Positions 22,155-32,060 of a stretch of 64,000 nt of DNA are shown in pieces (within the stretch, counting starts at the first letter, position 1; each line of letters opens with the position of its first letter). Below the pieces are notes generated by a model. It was not told where the DNA came from. It did no database searches and saw only the letters and a program-made list of their open reading frames with translations. This stretch comes from an uncultured cyanobacterium (GTDB lineage: Bacteria; Cyanobacteriota; Cyanobacteriia; Cyanobacteriales; Nostocaceae), in contig OY970166.1 of the NCBI GenBank assembly GCA_963706595.1, positions 2,976,001 through 3,040,000 on the forward strand, written 5' to 3'. The translations under genes and the position numbers were made by a program.

Positions 22155-22631
22155 ATGAATATCTCTCAACTATTTGACATTTCTAATATTTTCGTTTTAC
22201 CCTTTTGGGTGTTGATGATTTTTCTCCCCAAGTGGAAACTAACCCGGCGGGTAATGGAATCATATCTACCTTTTGTAGTATTGGCTGGCGCATATTTGTA
22301 TTTGTTTGTCAACAGCATTACACCAGAAAATGCCGCCGCTTTATCCAATCCCCAATTAGCTGATATTGCCCGATTTTTGGGTGATGAAACAGCAGCAGCA
22401 ACCGGATGGATTCATTTTTTAGTGATGGATTTATTTGTCGGTCGTTGGATATATTTAGAAGGGCAGAAAACAGGTATTTGGACAATTCACTCAATTGCTT
22501 TGTGTTTGTTTGCTGGTCCTTTGGGTTTACTATCCCATATCTTAACTTACTGGATTACTAAGGCATTTTTTCCCAATTCACAGACAACTGAAGCGGTAGT
22601 AGAAGAAGCTGTTGCTTCCAGTCACAGTTAG
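22155..22631 (+). CDS. ABA4-like (DUF4281) membrane protein
   Basis: VLPFW, GWIHFLVMDLFVGRW, GPLGLL. Confidence 0.8.
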   Translation: MNISQLFDISNIFVLPFWVLMIFLPKWKLTRRVMESYLPFVVLAGAYLYLFVNSITPENAAALSNPQLADIARFLGDETAAATGWIHFLVMDLFVGRWIYLEGQKTGIWTIHSIALCLFAGPLGLLSHILTYWITKAFFPNSQTTEAVVEEAVASSHS

Positions 22632-22652
22632 ATAGTCCAGAAAAACATGATT

Positions 22653-22749
22653 GTAGGTTGGGTTGAACGCAGTAAAACCCAACAAAGCCTAGCAAATGTT
22701 GGGTTTTGTGCCATTCCTTCGCCACGCTGACGCGAACAACCCAACCTAC
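22653..22749. repeat. Inverted pair of GTAG-type REP-like elements
   Basis: gtaggttgggttg...aacccaac and the inverted copy ending caacccaacctac. Confidence 0.7.
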
Positions 22750-22757
22750 TTAGATAT

Positions 22758-23003
22758 TTATCTTTGTTTATTAGTAGTAGAAGAGGTTGAAAGTTGAGGA
22801 TGTCGATAATTTGCATCTACCCAACAGCGTGGTAAACTTTCGCCAGAGGGGAATACGAGATTTTGTTTTTGATAAGTATCAGGTTCTTGTTCTTCTTCAC
22901 CTAATTGATCTTGGGCGTGGATAATATTAGTATTGGGGTCAATTAATTCTTGAAAATCAAGAACTTTGATGATATCCTCAGAATTTTTGAGTTGTAAAAA
23001 CAT
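22758..23003 (-). CDS. Conserved small cyanobacterial protein
   Basis: GEEEQEP...LVFPSGESLPRCW motif. Confidence 0.75.
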   Translation of the reverse strand: MFLQLKNSEDIIKVLDFQELIDPNTNIIHAQDQLGEEEQEPDTYQKQNLVFPSGESLPRCWVDANYRHPQLSTSSTTNKQR

Positions 23004-23086
23004 ATAAATTACCTGATTAAATTTCTATGCAAGATTAACGCGAATTCATGGAAAAATTCGTTGATAAATTAACTACTCATGTTTAC

Positions 23087-23311
23087 TTAACTAGACTCTT
23101 CCACCAATTTCTTAAACCGCAGATATGCTTGTTCTGGTGTCAGAGGTTGAGATTCTTCTTCATTGGGGATATAGTATTGCCTGCTATCAGGAAAATGGCG
23201 CACCAAAAAGCTAGGAATTAAACCCAATTTTAAAGCTTTTTTACCAAGTTCTTCGGCTGTTTCGGCTAAAGTGTATTCATCGTGAAACTGATATGCACTC
23301 ATATCTGTCAC
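23087..23311 (-). CDS. Hypothetical protein
   Basis: 74-aa ORF with AGGAG directly upstream, co-oriented with neighbours. Confidence 0.6.
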   Translation of the reverse strand: MTDMSAYQFHDEYTLAETAEELGKKALKLGLIPSFLVRHFPDSRQYYIPNEEESQPLTPEQAYLRFKKLVEESS

Positions 23312-23364
23312 CTCCTAGTCGAGGCTGCCAAAAACGCAAATTATCAACACTCAGAAGGCAGAAA

Positions 23365-23682
23365 TTAACTCTGGCGTTGATATTTCTCTAAAATATCTAC
23401 TAGGTTTACTTGACATTGCAGTGGTAGGAGATCATTTAAAGGCAATTCTTTTCTCCCACCGCCAATTTTGACGGGGATAGATTCTAACACTGCAATAACT
23501 CGGTCTTCATTGACAGTTTGAGAAGTAATTAAGGGATACATCTGTTCAGCAACTACAGTATGTAGTTTGGCATCCGACAAATAAAGATGCCATTTGGCAA
23601 TGTCTATATAAACAGCCTCGCCAATTTCAGCAGCTAGGGCTTCCAGTAATTCTGCGGTTTGAGTTGTTGCCATAAAAATCAC
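23365..23682 (-). CDS. DUF3181 family protein
   Basis: VYIDIAKWHLYL.DAKL, V.IGGG motifs. Confidence 0.8.
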   Translation of the reverse strand: MIFMATTQTAELLEALAAEIGEAVYIDIAKWHLYLSDAKLHTVVAEQMYPLITSQTVNEDRVIAVLESIPVKIGGGRKELPLNDLLPLQCQVNLVDILEKYQRQS

Positions 23683-23793
23683 CTTAGATCAACAAAGAGA
23701 GTTAACTATCAAGGTCTTTAACTATTATCGCGCAATTATTCAGCTGGATCTACTGCCACAGGTTACAATCGCCCTAGCCTTAACACTCCGTCT

Positions 23794-24052
23794 TTAGGTG
23801 GATTTAGTTGGAGTTTCCGTATAGTTAGCGATCGCACTAATATAAATCAGATGCACCAACAAGACTAATATCCAACCTGCGGTTAACCAGGGTAGCCATT
23901 CCCAGGTAGTTGCTTTTAAGTTGTGGAAAAACCATAAACTAGAATTAACAGTCTGTAGTCAGTGCGACATGAACAGCAAAATTAATCCGGTCGTCTAACT
24001 TGCGGAATGCTGGGTCTTTGCGGTCGGGTTTGCGAGGCCAACGAGGAGGCAT
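23794..24052 (-). pseudogene. 2TM-domain protein with +1 frameshift (absent from ORF track)
   Basis: MPPRWPRKPDRKDPAFRKLDDRINFAVHVA, then NSSLWFFHNLK...LVHLIYISAIANYTETPTKST* in the next frame; span 259 nt. Confidence 0.8.
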
Positions 24053-24252
24053 AAATATTTATTACAGACTTGAACACGGTAGAAACACAGCTGTTTGGCC
24101 ATGTACTTACTCATTCTAAAGCAAAAAATTGGTTCATCAACCAATTGGGTGAGGTTTTAATTTATTGGAGTTAAAGGTGATTCGTCTTTTTGATAGAGGC
24201 AGTTAATACATCGACTTGTCAGGATCTAAATAAGCGTTAGAGGTAGATCAAA

Positions 24253-24450
24253 ATGACGAAAGCAAATCCTGTAGAAATCCAAAAACATTTGAAAGGTTTT
24301 GATTATCCGGCGGGAAAGTCAGATTTAATCAAGCACGCTAAACAACAGGGTGCTGATCAAGATGTCATCTCAATATTAGAACAACTACCAGAAAATCAAG
24401 AGTACCAAACTCCAACTGATCTCAACAAAGCCATCGGCAAGATTATCTAG
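24253..24450 (+). CDS. DUF2795 family protein
   Basis: [14 protein letters not shown]...LEQLP; AGAGGT RBS. Confidence 0.8.
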   Translation: MTKANPVEIQKHLKGFDYPAGKSDLIKHAKQQGADQDVISILEQLPENQEYQTPTDLNKAIGKII

Positions 24451-24958
24451 ATTGTGCTAATAGCGAGGAATAGTCGCCTGATTTTCCGCCAGTTTTACTT
24501 ACTAATTGAATCGATTCAATGACAATAGACTTTTCTAAAGCTTTAGCCATATCGTATAAAGTCAAAGCCGCTACAGAAACGGCTGTTAAAGCTTCCATTT
24601 CCACGCCTGTTTCGGCTTTGGTTTTGACTGTGGCATGAATTTGATAACCGGGTAGTTGGGGGTCTGGTGTAACTTCTACTGTAATTTTTTGTAGTGGCAA
24701 GGGATGACACAGGGGAATCAATGTCGCCGTCTGTTTAGCTGCCATAATTCCCGCCAATCTCGCTGTTGCCAAGACATCGCCTTTTGGGGCATTGCCAGCT
24801 TGAATGGCGGCAAAGGTTTCTGGCAACATTCGCACCTTAGCCACAGCTACTGCTTCCCTGATTGTGGGCATCTTAGCAGACACATCTACCATCTGTGCTG
24901 CGCCCTGATGATCAAGGTGGGTTAATTCGGCAGAATTAGATAAAAAATTGTCTTGCAT
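24443..24958 (-). CDS. moaC: Cyclic pyranopterin monophosphate synthase
   Basis: [28 protein letters not shown]. Confidence 0.95.
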   Translation of the reverse strand: MQDNFLSNSAELTHLDHQGAAQMVDVSAKMPTIREAVAVAKVRMLPETFAAIQAGNAPKGDVLATARLAGIMAAKQTATLIPLCHPLPLQKITVEVTPDPQLPGYQIHATVKTKAETGVEMEALTAVSVAALTLYDMAKALEKSIVIESIQLVSKTGGKSGDYSSLLAQSR

Positions 24959-24994
24959 TATTTTGATAGTAGTGTTATGATGAAATTCTTGTGA

Positions 24995-25068
24995 GGGTGT
25001 GTAGCTCAGTGGACTAGAGCACGTGGCTACGGACCACGGTGTCGGGGGTTCGAATCCCTCCTCGCCCG
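24995..25068 (+). tRNA. tRNA-Arg(ACG)
   Basis: Cloverleaf: TAGCTCAGTGG D-arm, CGTGG-CTACGGA-CCACG anticodon arm, GGTTCGAATCC T-arm. Confidence 0.95.
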
Positions 25069-25077
25069 CTTGAAAAA

Positions 25078-25118
25078 AGAAAAGGCAAAGTAGATATGTT
25101 TCTATTTTGCCTTTTTTT
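25078..25118. terminator. Probable bidirectional intrinsic terminator
   Basis: AAAAGGCAAAGTAGA / TCTATTTTGCCTTTT stem with A and T tracts, between tRNA and convergent MFS gene. Confidence 0.7.
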
Positions 25119-25123
25119 AATTT

Positions 25124-26358
25124 TTAGTTGCCATTATTTAAAGCATAAGTATCTTCAGCCCGGCCTAAAGCAAAGCGCAAGGAGTTGCTGAGGTCATGGC
25201 TGGACTGGGTGAGAAAGATGATAATCGCCAGAAAGGTTAAACCAGCACCATAACCAAACATATTGCGGTAGCCGACTTGTTCGGCGATGGAACCGAGAAC
25301 TGGCCAGCGATCGCAATGCCAATATCTAATCCCACCATAGACACGCCAAAGATTCGCCCTCGTTCATGAGGGTGGGCGCGGTCGGTCATCATTGCGGCCA
25401 TCATCGGAATTGCGGTTCCAGAAGCCGCACCTTCGACAAATGCTGATAGTAAGAACATCGGGGCGCTGTTGGCTTGCCATATACCTACCATCGCTAAGGT
25501 AAAGGCAATCAAGCTGAGGGTGATAAATAAACCTCTGCCATAGCGGTCAGAAGCCCGACCAATAAACAACCTGACATTAAAACTAGCGATCGCTGCTACT
25601 GTGTAAAACAGTCCTGGATTCAAATCTATATTAGTGGATTTGATAAATAAGGGGACAAAGGTATGCAAAGTCCCTAAAGCCACACCAATTAACAACATGA
25701 CAATTGCGGGAATCCGCACGCGGGGACTAAATAACAGTTTCCAAAATTGGTTGTCAGTGGGGCGGCTGTGGGGCGGATCATCAACAGGCGGATTGACAAT
25801 AGGTATTATACATAGCATTCCTATAAAACCCAAAGCCGCAGATAAAATAAATAAAGGGGTATAACCAGCTGCGGCTTGTAAATATCCCCCCAAGGCTGGA
25901 CCAATAGCCACACCAATGGGATTTACCAAACTCATGTAGCCAATAACTTCACCACGATTTTTAGCCGGGGCTAAATCTCCCACCAATGCCATGTAAGCAG
26001 TAGCAAAAGCCGCAATACTGATGCCGTGAAAGGCACGTAACACCATTAATGGCATAAGTGAGGTGGTGAAGATGTAACCTAGAGGTGCGATCGCAGCTGC
26101 TGACATTCCAATCAGCATCACAATCTTACGACCCCGCCGATCTGCTAAATTGCTACACCAAGGGCGAAATAATAACATCCCGATGGCAAAACTGCCCATT
26201 ACAATGCCAATCTGTTGACTAGTTGCGCCTAAATCTTCGATATACAGGGGTAACGTGGGCAATAACGAGGCAATGCTAGACCAGAATAATAAACCTGCTG
26301 TAAATAACACCAGCAGGTTACGTCGTAGTTTAGCGTCCAATGTATGAAGAACTTTCAA
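25124..26358 (-). CDS. MFS transporter, with a 1-nt deletion frameshift near 25302
   Basis: LADRRGRK and ASDRYGR motifs; restoring one base gives GPVLGSIAEQVGYRNMFG...RFALGRAEDTYALNNGN*; span 1235 nt. Confidence 0.85.
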
Positions 26359-26402
26359 AATAGATGTAAGTTTATTTCCAGAGTGTTAATCACATTGTTA
26401 CG

Positions 26403-27413
26403 TTACTTAACATTTTTCGCTACTACTTCTCGGACTCGATAGATGGGGCGACCTTGAGATTCATGGTAAGTCCGCATCAATAACTCAGCCAACAAACCAA
26501 AGCAAAACAACTGCACCCCAGTCACTAGCAGCAGAACTGCCAAAATCAGCAAAGGGCGATTACCAATGGCTTCACCTAAAGCTAATTTAATAAAAGTTAA
26601 GTACATCCCAATCAGCGTTCCTGTCACCATCGAACCTAAACCCAACAGCCCAAAAACGTGCATGGGACGGGTGAGAAACTTCTTCATAAAGTAAATAGTT
26701 AACAAATCCATCATCACGCGGAACGTCCGCCAAATCCCATATTTACTGCGACCGAAACGCCGCGCATGGTGACGCACTGGGATTTCGGTAATTCGCGCCC
26801 CTTCAATGTAAGCCAAAGCAGGCAAAAATCGGTGCAGTTCGCCGTAGAGATTCATATCTGCTACTACTTCCGACCGATAAGCTTTGAGAGAACAACCATA
26901 ATCATGTAACTTAACTTCTGTCACCTTCCCAATCAGCCAATTGGCAATTTTAGAAGGAATTAACCGGGAAATGACAGCATCTTGGCGTTGATGTCGCCAA
27001 CCACTCACCAAATCATAGCCTTGTTCTAACTTCGCTAATAATAAGGGAATATCAGCCGGGTCATTTTGCAAATCAGCATCTAAGGTGACAATTACTTTGC
27101 CGATAGCATACTTAAACCCAGCCGCCATGGCTGCACTTTGTCCGTAATTGCGACGCAGCAGCACCGCTTTTAAATCAGTGCGGATTTGCGCTTGTTCCTT
27201 AAGAAATTCAGCCGAACCATCTGTAGAACCATCATCCACACAAATGATTTCATAACTAAAATTACTATCGCTGATATTAGAAGCGATCGCCTCCAGCAAA
27301 AGTGGTAAACTCTCCACCTCATCCCGCACCGGCACAACCACCGAAACATCGGGGACAATCACCGAAATCGCCCCACTTTCCTCATTTAACCTGCCAATTA
27401 ACCCACTCCTCAT
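26403..27413 (-). CDS. GT2 polyprenol-phosphate glycosyltransferase (ArnC/DPM-like)
   Basis: DDGSTDGS, RNYGQSAA, DADLQNDP, two C-terminal TMs; ATG 27413 preferred. Confidence 0.88.
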   Translation of the reverse strand: MRSGLIGRLNEESGAISVIVPDVSVVVPVRDEVESLPLLLEAIASNISDSNFSYEIICVDDGSTDGSAEFLKEQAQIRTDLKAVLLRRNYGQSAAMAAGFKYAIGKVIVTLDADLQNDPADIPLLLAKLEQGYDLVSGWRHQRQDAVISRLIPSKIANWLIGKVTEVKLHDYGCSLKAYRSEVVADMNLYGELHRFLPALAYIEGARITEIPVRHHARRFGRSKYGIWRTFRVMMDLLTIYFMKKFLTRPMHVFGLLGLGSMVTGTLIGMYLTFIKLALGEAIGNRPLLILAVLLLVTGVQLFCFGLLAELLMRTYHESQGRPIYRVREVVAKNVK

Positions 27414-27448
27414 CTTCCTCAGCGTCCTCTGCGTCTCTGTGGTATGCG

Positions 27449-28156
27449 CTACGCGCACGTTTCACGAATGTAACTCTTCATCACCCTACCCGCACCTCGC
27501 AGTTGCTGATAATATGACTGACTCACCCCATCGCCCTGTTCCGAGAGCATATCAATCCCGATCCCATTACGTCCCTGATCTTTTCCCGAACTATGAATGT
27601 AATAACTATCGCCCAAATACAGCCCGACGTGAGTTGCTTTCTGAGAAGTGCCAAAAAACACTAAATCCCCAGGTAATAACTCAGCCACAGGAATTTTCTC
27701 AGTAAAAGCTTCCTGTTGATAAGCATCTCTAGGTAACCAAACACCCACCGACACAAAAGCCGCCTGCATTAACCCCGAACAGTCGTAATTGGGCGCGACT
27801 GTACCACCCCACAGATAATAATTTGACTGCTGCATGGCTTTTTGAGTAAAACCAATGATATCTGGTAGTAGTTTCCTAATCTCAGACTCAGAAAATGATT
27901 TAGCCTGATAAAGTACAGTAGCAGGTTGTAATATACCCAAGTCGGCAAAAGATACCCACCCTGGATAGTCATCCTCACACAAACACACTTCCACTGCTGA
28001 CACCTGATGATTTGATCTGATTCGCAAATGTCGCCCAGCAGCAGCTTGAGTTGTCAGGCGCGTACATTCAGGAGAATCATATAAATTCAGATCAGCGATA
28101 CAGTGGTATTCTGCCGATATCGAATTTAGGATTTGGGATTCTGGATTAGAGAGCAT
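27449..28156 (-). CDS. NlpC/P60 (C40) peptidase with N-terminal SH3-like region
   Basis: YLWGG...YDCSGL, PGDLVFF, HVGLY, YIHS. Confidence 0.9.
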   Translation of the reverse strand: MLSNPESQILNSISAEYHCIADLNLYDSPECTRLTTQAAAGRHLRIRSNHQVSAVEVCLCEDDYPGWVSFADLGILQPATVLYQAKSFSESEIRKLLPDIIGFTQKAMQQSNYYLWGGTVAPNYDCSGLMQAAFVSVGVWLPRDAYQQEAFTEKIPVAELLPGDLVFFGTSQKATHVGLYLGDSYYIHSSGKDQGRNGIGIDMLSEQGDGVSQSYYQQLRGAGRVMKSYIRETCA

Positions 28157-28162
28157 TCTGCA

Positions 28163-29101
28163 ATGATTTTCTTTAGAAAAGACGAACAACTCGAAAATCT
28201 TGGTAATGGCATTTTAGAGGCAACTTGGGCAACATTTCCCACCTTAGCCCGTAACCAAGTCGCTTTAACTTGGATTGTCTATGATCCCCCAGTACCTGTA
28301 AATACTGGTGGGGCTTTGACTCCTGACGCTTTTTGGAATCATTCAGTCCGTGGTTTTACCTATCGTGGTGTGGAACGAATTTACCCCGCCAGTGTAGTTA
28401 AACTGTTTTATTTGGTCGCTGTGAACGAATGGCTGGAAAAAGGCATGACTTCATCTTCTCAGGAGTTGGAACGAGCCTTGCGGGATATGATTGTTGATTC
28501 TAGCAATGATGCGACTAGTTTAGTTGTAGATATCCTCAGTGGTACGACTTCTGGACCAGAGTTACCTGTTGGTCCCTTTGAAACTTGGAAATATCAGCGT
28601 CATATTGTTAACCGCTATTTTCAATCTTTGGGTTGGGAGGAAATGGAAACAATTAATGTCTGTCAAAAAACTTGGGGTGATGGACCTTATGGCAGGGAAC
28701 GGGCGTTTTATGGGGAAATGCTAGATAATCGGAATATGGTGACTACTAATGCGATCGCCAAGTTAGTTCATAGTATTGTGGGTGGGGTGGCAGTGTCTAG
28801 CGCGCGATCGCAAGCCATGATGAGTTTGCTCAACCGTAGTCTCAACCCTGATGATTTGCCTACTGATGTCGAAGAAGACCAAGTAACAGGTTTTTTGGGC
28901 AGTGGACTCAGCCCAGATGCTCAAATTTGGTCAAAAGCAGGTTGGACAAGTCAAGTTCGCCATGATGCAGCGTATATTGAGTTACCCGAACAGCGCCCGT
29001 ATATCTTAGTAGTATTTACTGAAGGTAAAGCCAACGCTAAACGCCGGGATATTCTACCTTTTATTTCTCAGCTATTTGCCAAAGAAATTAGTAGCCTATA
29101 A
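28163..29101 (+). CDS. Serine hydrolase, class A beta-lactamase-like
   Basis: PASVVKL (SxxK), SSNDAT (SxN), SKAGW; ATG at 28163. Confidence 0.85.
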   Translation: MIFFRKDEQLENLGNGILEATWATFPTLARNQVALTWIVYDPPVPVNTGGALTPDAFWNHSVRGFTYRGVERIYPASVVKLFYLVAVNEWLEKGMTSSSQELERALRDMIVDSSNDATSLVVDILSGTTSGPELPVGPFETWKYQRHIVNRYFQSLGWEEMETINVCQKTWGDGPYGRERAFYGEMLDNRNMVTTNAIAKLVHSIVGGVAVSSARSQAMMSLLNRSLNPDDLPTDVEEDQVTGFLGSGLSPDAQIWSKAGWTSQVRHDAAYIELPEQRPYILVVFTEGKANAKRRDILPFISQLFAKEISSL

Positions 29102-29124
29102 AACCTCACCCCAACCCTCTCCTT

Positions 29125-29535
29125 AGTCAGGAGAGGGAGCAAGAATCATTTTAGTAGGGTGTGTTGTCGCGTAGCGCAACGCACAATTTTCAATTATCTG
29201 TCAGTCCACTACCATTTTTTGCAACATTTTAAGCTTGTCACGCCAGTAGCCTGAGTCAGGAGAGGGAGCAAGAATCATTTTAGTAGGGTGTGTTGTCGCG
29301 TAGCGCAACGCACCATTTTCAATTATCTGTCAGTCCACTACCATTTTTTGCAACATTTTAAGCTTGTCACGCCAGTAGCCTGAGTCAGGAGAGGGAGCAA
29401 GAATCATTTTAGTAGGGTGTGTTGTCGCGTAGCGCAACGCACCATTTTCAATTATCTGTCAGTCCACTACCATTTTTTGCAACATTTTAAGCTTGTCATG
29501 CCAGTAGCCTGAGTCAGGAGAGGGAGCAAGAATCA
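29125..29535. repeat. 129-bp tandem repeat, three full copies plus 24 bp
   Basis: Units start at 29125, 29254, 29383, 29512; only two single-base differences seen. Confidence 0.95.
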
Positions 29536-29744
29536 GAAGAATTGAATATACGTTCGCCATAGCATCTTACCTGATAAGTAAATTTAATCATGTACCTTGA
29601 GATAGATTTAAGCATAATTCATTAAACAGTATATTTAGATATACAGGACATCATGGTTCCCGAAATATCATGCTAAATAACTGATTTTCATGGCAAAATT
29701 TCCCATCCTGATTTAGTGTTAATTAATTTGTTTTTAGGTTTTCT

Positions 29745-31055
29745 ATGACATCCCCTGAGCCGCAAACTGAATTTGGAAAAAATCTTTCACAAACCTCAAA
29801 CAAGTCACTCTTAAAACAACGACGGTGGCTGCGATTATCGTTAGCTTTTATACTAATTTTTGGGGGTGGAACGGCTACACTTTGGCGTGTTTTAACCCCT
29901 ACAAATCAAGCACAACTTACTAATATTAAAACTCCAGGTGTCAGAGTCAAGGTATCACCAGTACAAATTGGTACAGTTGAGGAAAGTTCAGACTTTGTTG
30001 CTAGCTTAGAGTCTCAGCGTTCAGTACAGATACCATCAAAAATTTCGGGACAAGTTACCCAAATATTTCTGAAATCGGGAGATCCAGTTACAGCCGGCAC
30101 AGCCATTATCCAAGTAGACTCTAGACAAGCAACAATCGATGAAATTAATACTGCTAGACAGGCTGCTATAGCAAAACGAGAAAATGCCCGTGCTAAACTT
30201 CAGTCTCTGGAAGCAGCACGCCAATCTCAAACTGTTGATTTGCAATTGAAGCAACAGGACTATGAAAGGTATGCTAACTTAGCAGCGCAGGGAGCAGTAT
30301 CTCGACGTTCTAGGGATGAGTATGGGAGTATTGTAGCTACAGCCAAGGCTTATCTGAGCGCAATTAATGCCCAGATTCAAGGAGAGCAAACCACCATTTC
30401 ACAGGCTGAAAAATCTGTGCAGCAAGCCGAGGAAAATATTAAGAACCAACAAATCCAGCCTCGGAGCTATAAAATTACAGCACCTTTTAGCGGCATAGTT
30501 GGCAATATTCCCGTGAAAGTAGGTGATTTAGTGAATACTTTTACGCCACTGGTGACAGTTTCTCAGAAACAACCTTTGGAAGTGAATATTTCTGTTCCAC
30601 CTGAACAAAGTAACCAATTACTTCAGGGAATGCCTGTAGAAGTTTTGAATCCGCAAGGTGAAATTTTAAGTAGTAGTAAAATATCTGTAATTGCTCCTGA
30701 TACTAATAATGAGAAGCCATCAATTCTGGTAAAAGCACTTTTTAATAATTCAGAAGGTCAGCTAAAACCAGAACAATTAGTGCGGGCTAGAGTAATTTTT
30801 AATCAGCGTTCTGGGGTATTAGTCCCTACAAAAGCAGTGTCTCGTTTAGGTGGAGAAACTTTTGTCTATGTGATCAAAACGGAAAAATCTCCACAAGGAA
30901 TATCTCAATTAATAGCTCGACAAAAGCAGGTAAAATTAGGCAATATCAGAGATAATCATTACCAAGTTTTGGCAGGATTACAACCTGAAGATCAAATTAT
31001 TACTTCAGGATTGCTGAATGTTAAAGATGGTGTGCCGATAGTGCCTGAATCTTGA
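29745..31055 (+). CDS. RND-type efflux periplasmic adaptor (membrane fusion protein)
   Basis: N-terminal TM, ISGQV...GD.V, coiled coil, ITAPFSG.V, GL...D.II. Confidence 0.88.
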   Translation: MTSPEPQTEFGKNLSQTSNKSLLKQRRWLRLSLAFILIFGGGTATLWRVLTPTNQAQLTNIKTPGVRVKVSPVQIGTVEESSDFVASLESQRSVQIPSKISGQVTQIFLKSGDPVTAGTAIIQVDSRQATIDEINTARQAAIAKRENARAKLQSLEAARQSQTVDLQLKQQDYERYANLAAQGAVSRRSRDEYGSIVATAKAYLSAINAQIQGEQTTISQAEKSVQQAEENIKNQQIQPRSYKITAPFSGIVGNIPVKVGDLVNTFTPLVTVSQKQPLEVNISVPPEQSNQLLQGMPVEVLNPQGEILSSSKISVIAPDTNNEKPSILVKALFNNSEGQLKPEQLVRARVIFNQRSGVLVPTKAVSRLGGETFVYVIKTEKSPQGISQLIARQKQVKLGNIRDNHYQVLAGLQPEDQIITSGLLNVKDGVPIVPES

Positions 31056-31083
31056 TATTCATTAATTGGTAATTGGTAGAGAC

Positions 31084-31182
31084 GTTATCAGTTAAGTGAG
31101 ATATAAGAACCCCACCCCCAACCCCCTCCCCGCAAGCGAGGAGGGGGCTATGATGTACTTCATTCAAGTGCATACCGCTATA
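31084..31182. mobile_element. MITE-like element, left end truncated
   Basis: Near-identical to 41374-41472 in the same orientation; ends ACCGCTATA. Confidence 0.75.
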
Positions 31183-31231
31183 ATTAGTAATTAGTAATTA
31201 GTAATGAATAAAAGTTTTTACTAATTACCAG

Positions 31232-31558
31232 TTAGGGTGAAATTTTTTCATCTTGGTTTTTACTCCGGAATCTTGATATAGTATTGAGGTCATCTTCTTC
31301 CTGCTTTAGTACATAGTACAGTTCAAAATTATGTTGAAGATTGAGCCAAAACTCAGAACTATTTCCCAAAAACTTAGATAGACGTAATGCAGTACTTGGG
31401 GTTACACCACGCTTCCCATTCACTAGTTCATTAATTCGTTGGTAGGGAACATGAATTGCTTGTGCAAGTTCGGTTTGTGATATCCGCATTGGTTCTAAAA
31501 AGTCCTTTAGCAGAATTTCTCCTGGATGTGTGGGAATCCGATTTTTTGGGGTTCTCAT
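31232..31558 (-). CDS. higA: HigA-family antitoxin
   Basis: PTHPGEIL, HTH, TALRLS, FWLNLQ. Confidence 0.9.
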   Translation of the reverse strand: MRTPKNRIPTHPGEILLKDFLEPMRISQTELAQAIHVPYQRINELVNGKRGVTPSTALRLSKFLGNSSEFWLNLQHNFELYYVLKQEEDDLNTISRFRSKNQDEKISP

Positions 31559-31572
31559 ATCTCTATTACTTC

Positions 31573-31866
31573 TTAATGATAATCCACTATTTCAACAAGA
31601 GCAGGTCCTTCTGGTGTCCATGCAAAACAAACTCTATATTTGTCATTAATGCGAATGCTGTAATAACCTTTTTTATCTCCTTTTAGTGCTTCTAACTTAT
31701 TTCCTGGTGGTACTTTCATATCATCTATGCAAAAAGCCGCATTTAATTGGTCTAATTTTCTCTGTGCAATTTCCCAAAGATGAGTGGGGCAATTCTTCCG
31801 AGCATCTTTTGAATCGTTCCCATCGAAAATATCTTCAGTTCCTTTATCTTTAAATGATAATATCAT
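31573..31866 (-). CDS. higB: HigB (RelE/ParE-like) toxin
   Basis: MILSFKDK, PPGNKLEALKGD, SIRIND, EIVDYH; toxin-first order. Confidence 0.9.
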   Translation of the reverse strand: MILSFKDKGTEDIFDGNDSKDARKNCPTHLWEIAQRKLDQLNAAFCIDDMKVPPGNKLEALKGDKKGYYSIRINDKYRVCFAWTPEGPALVEIVDYH

Positions 31867-31921
31867 TTTAGCATGATAACACGGGTGATATGCTAAGATA
31901 TCATAATTATCAATTTAATTT

Positions 31922-32060
31922 GGGTTAGAAAATATCGGCTGGGTCGGCTGAGTTTAATTTTCGCATCAAACCTCACCCCAACCCTCTCCTTAGTAAGGAG
32001 AGGGGGCAGGAATCAGGGTTAAAAAATATCGGCTGGGTCGGCTGAGTTTAATTTTCGCAT
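31922..32060. repeat. 45-bp direct duplication of the devC 3' end around a hairpin element
   Basis: 31922-31966 and 32016-32060 differ at one base. Confidence 0.9.

Noticed and set aside
29125..29535. Possible CRISPR array (24-bp motif four times)
   Set aside because: Intervening 105-bp segments are near-identical rather than unique spacers; no cas genes
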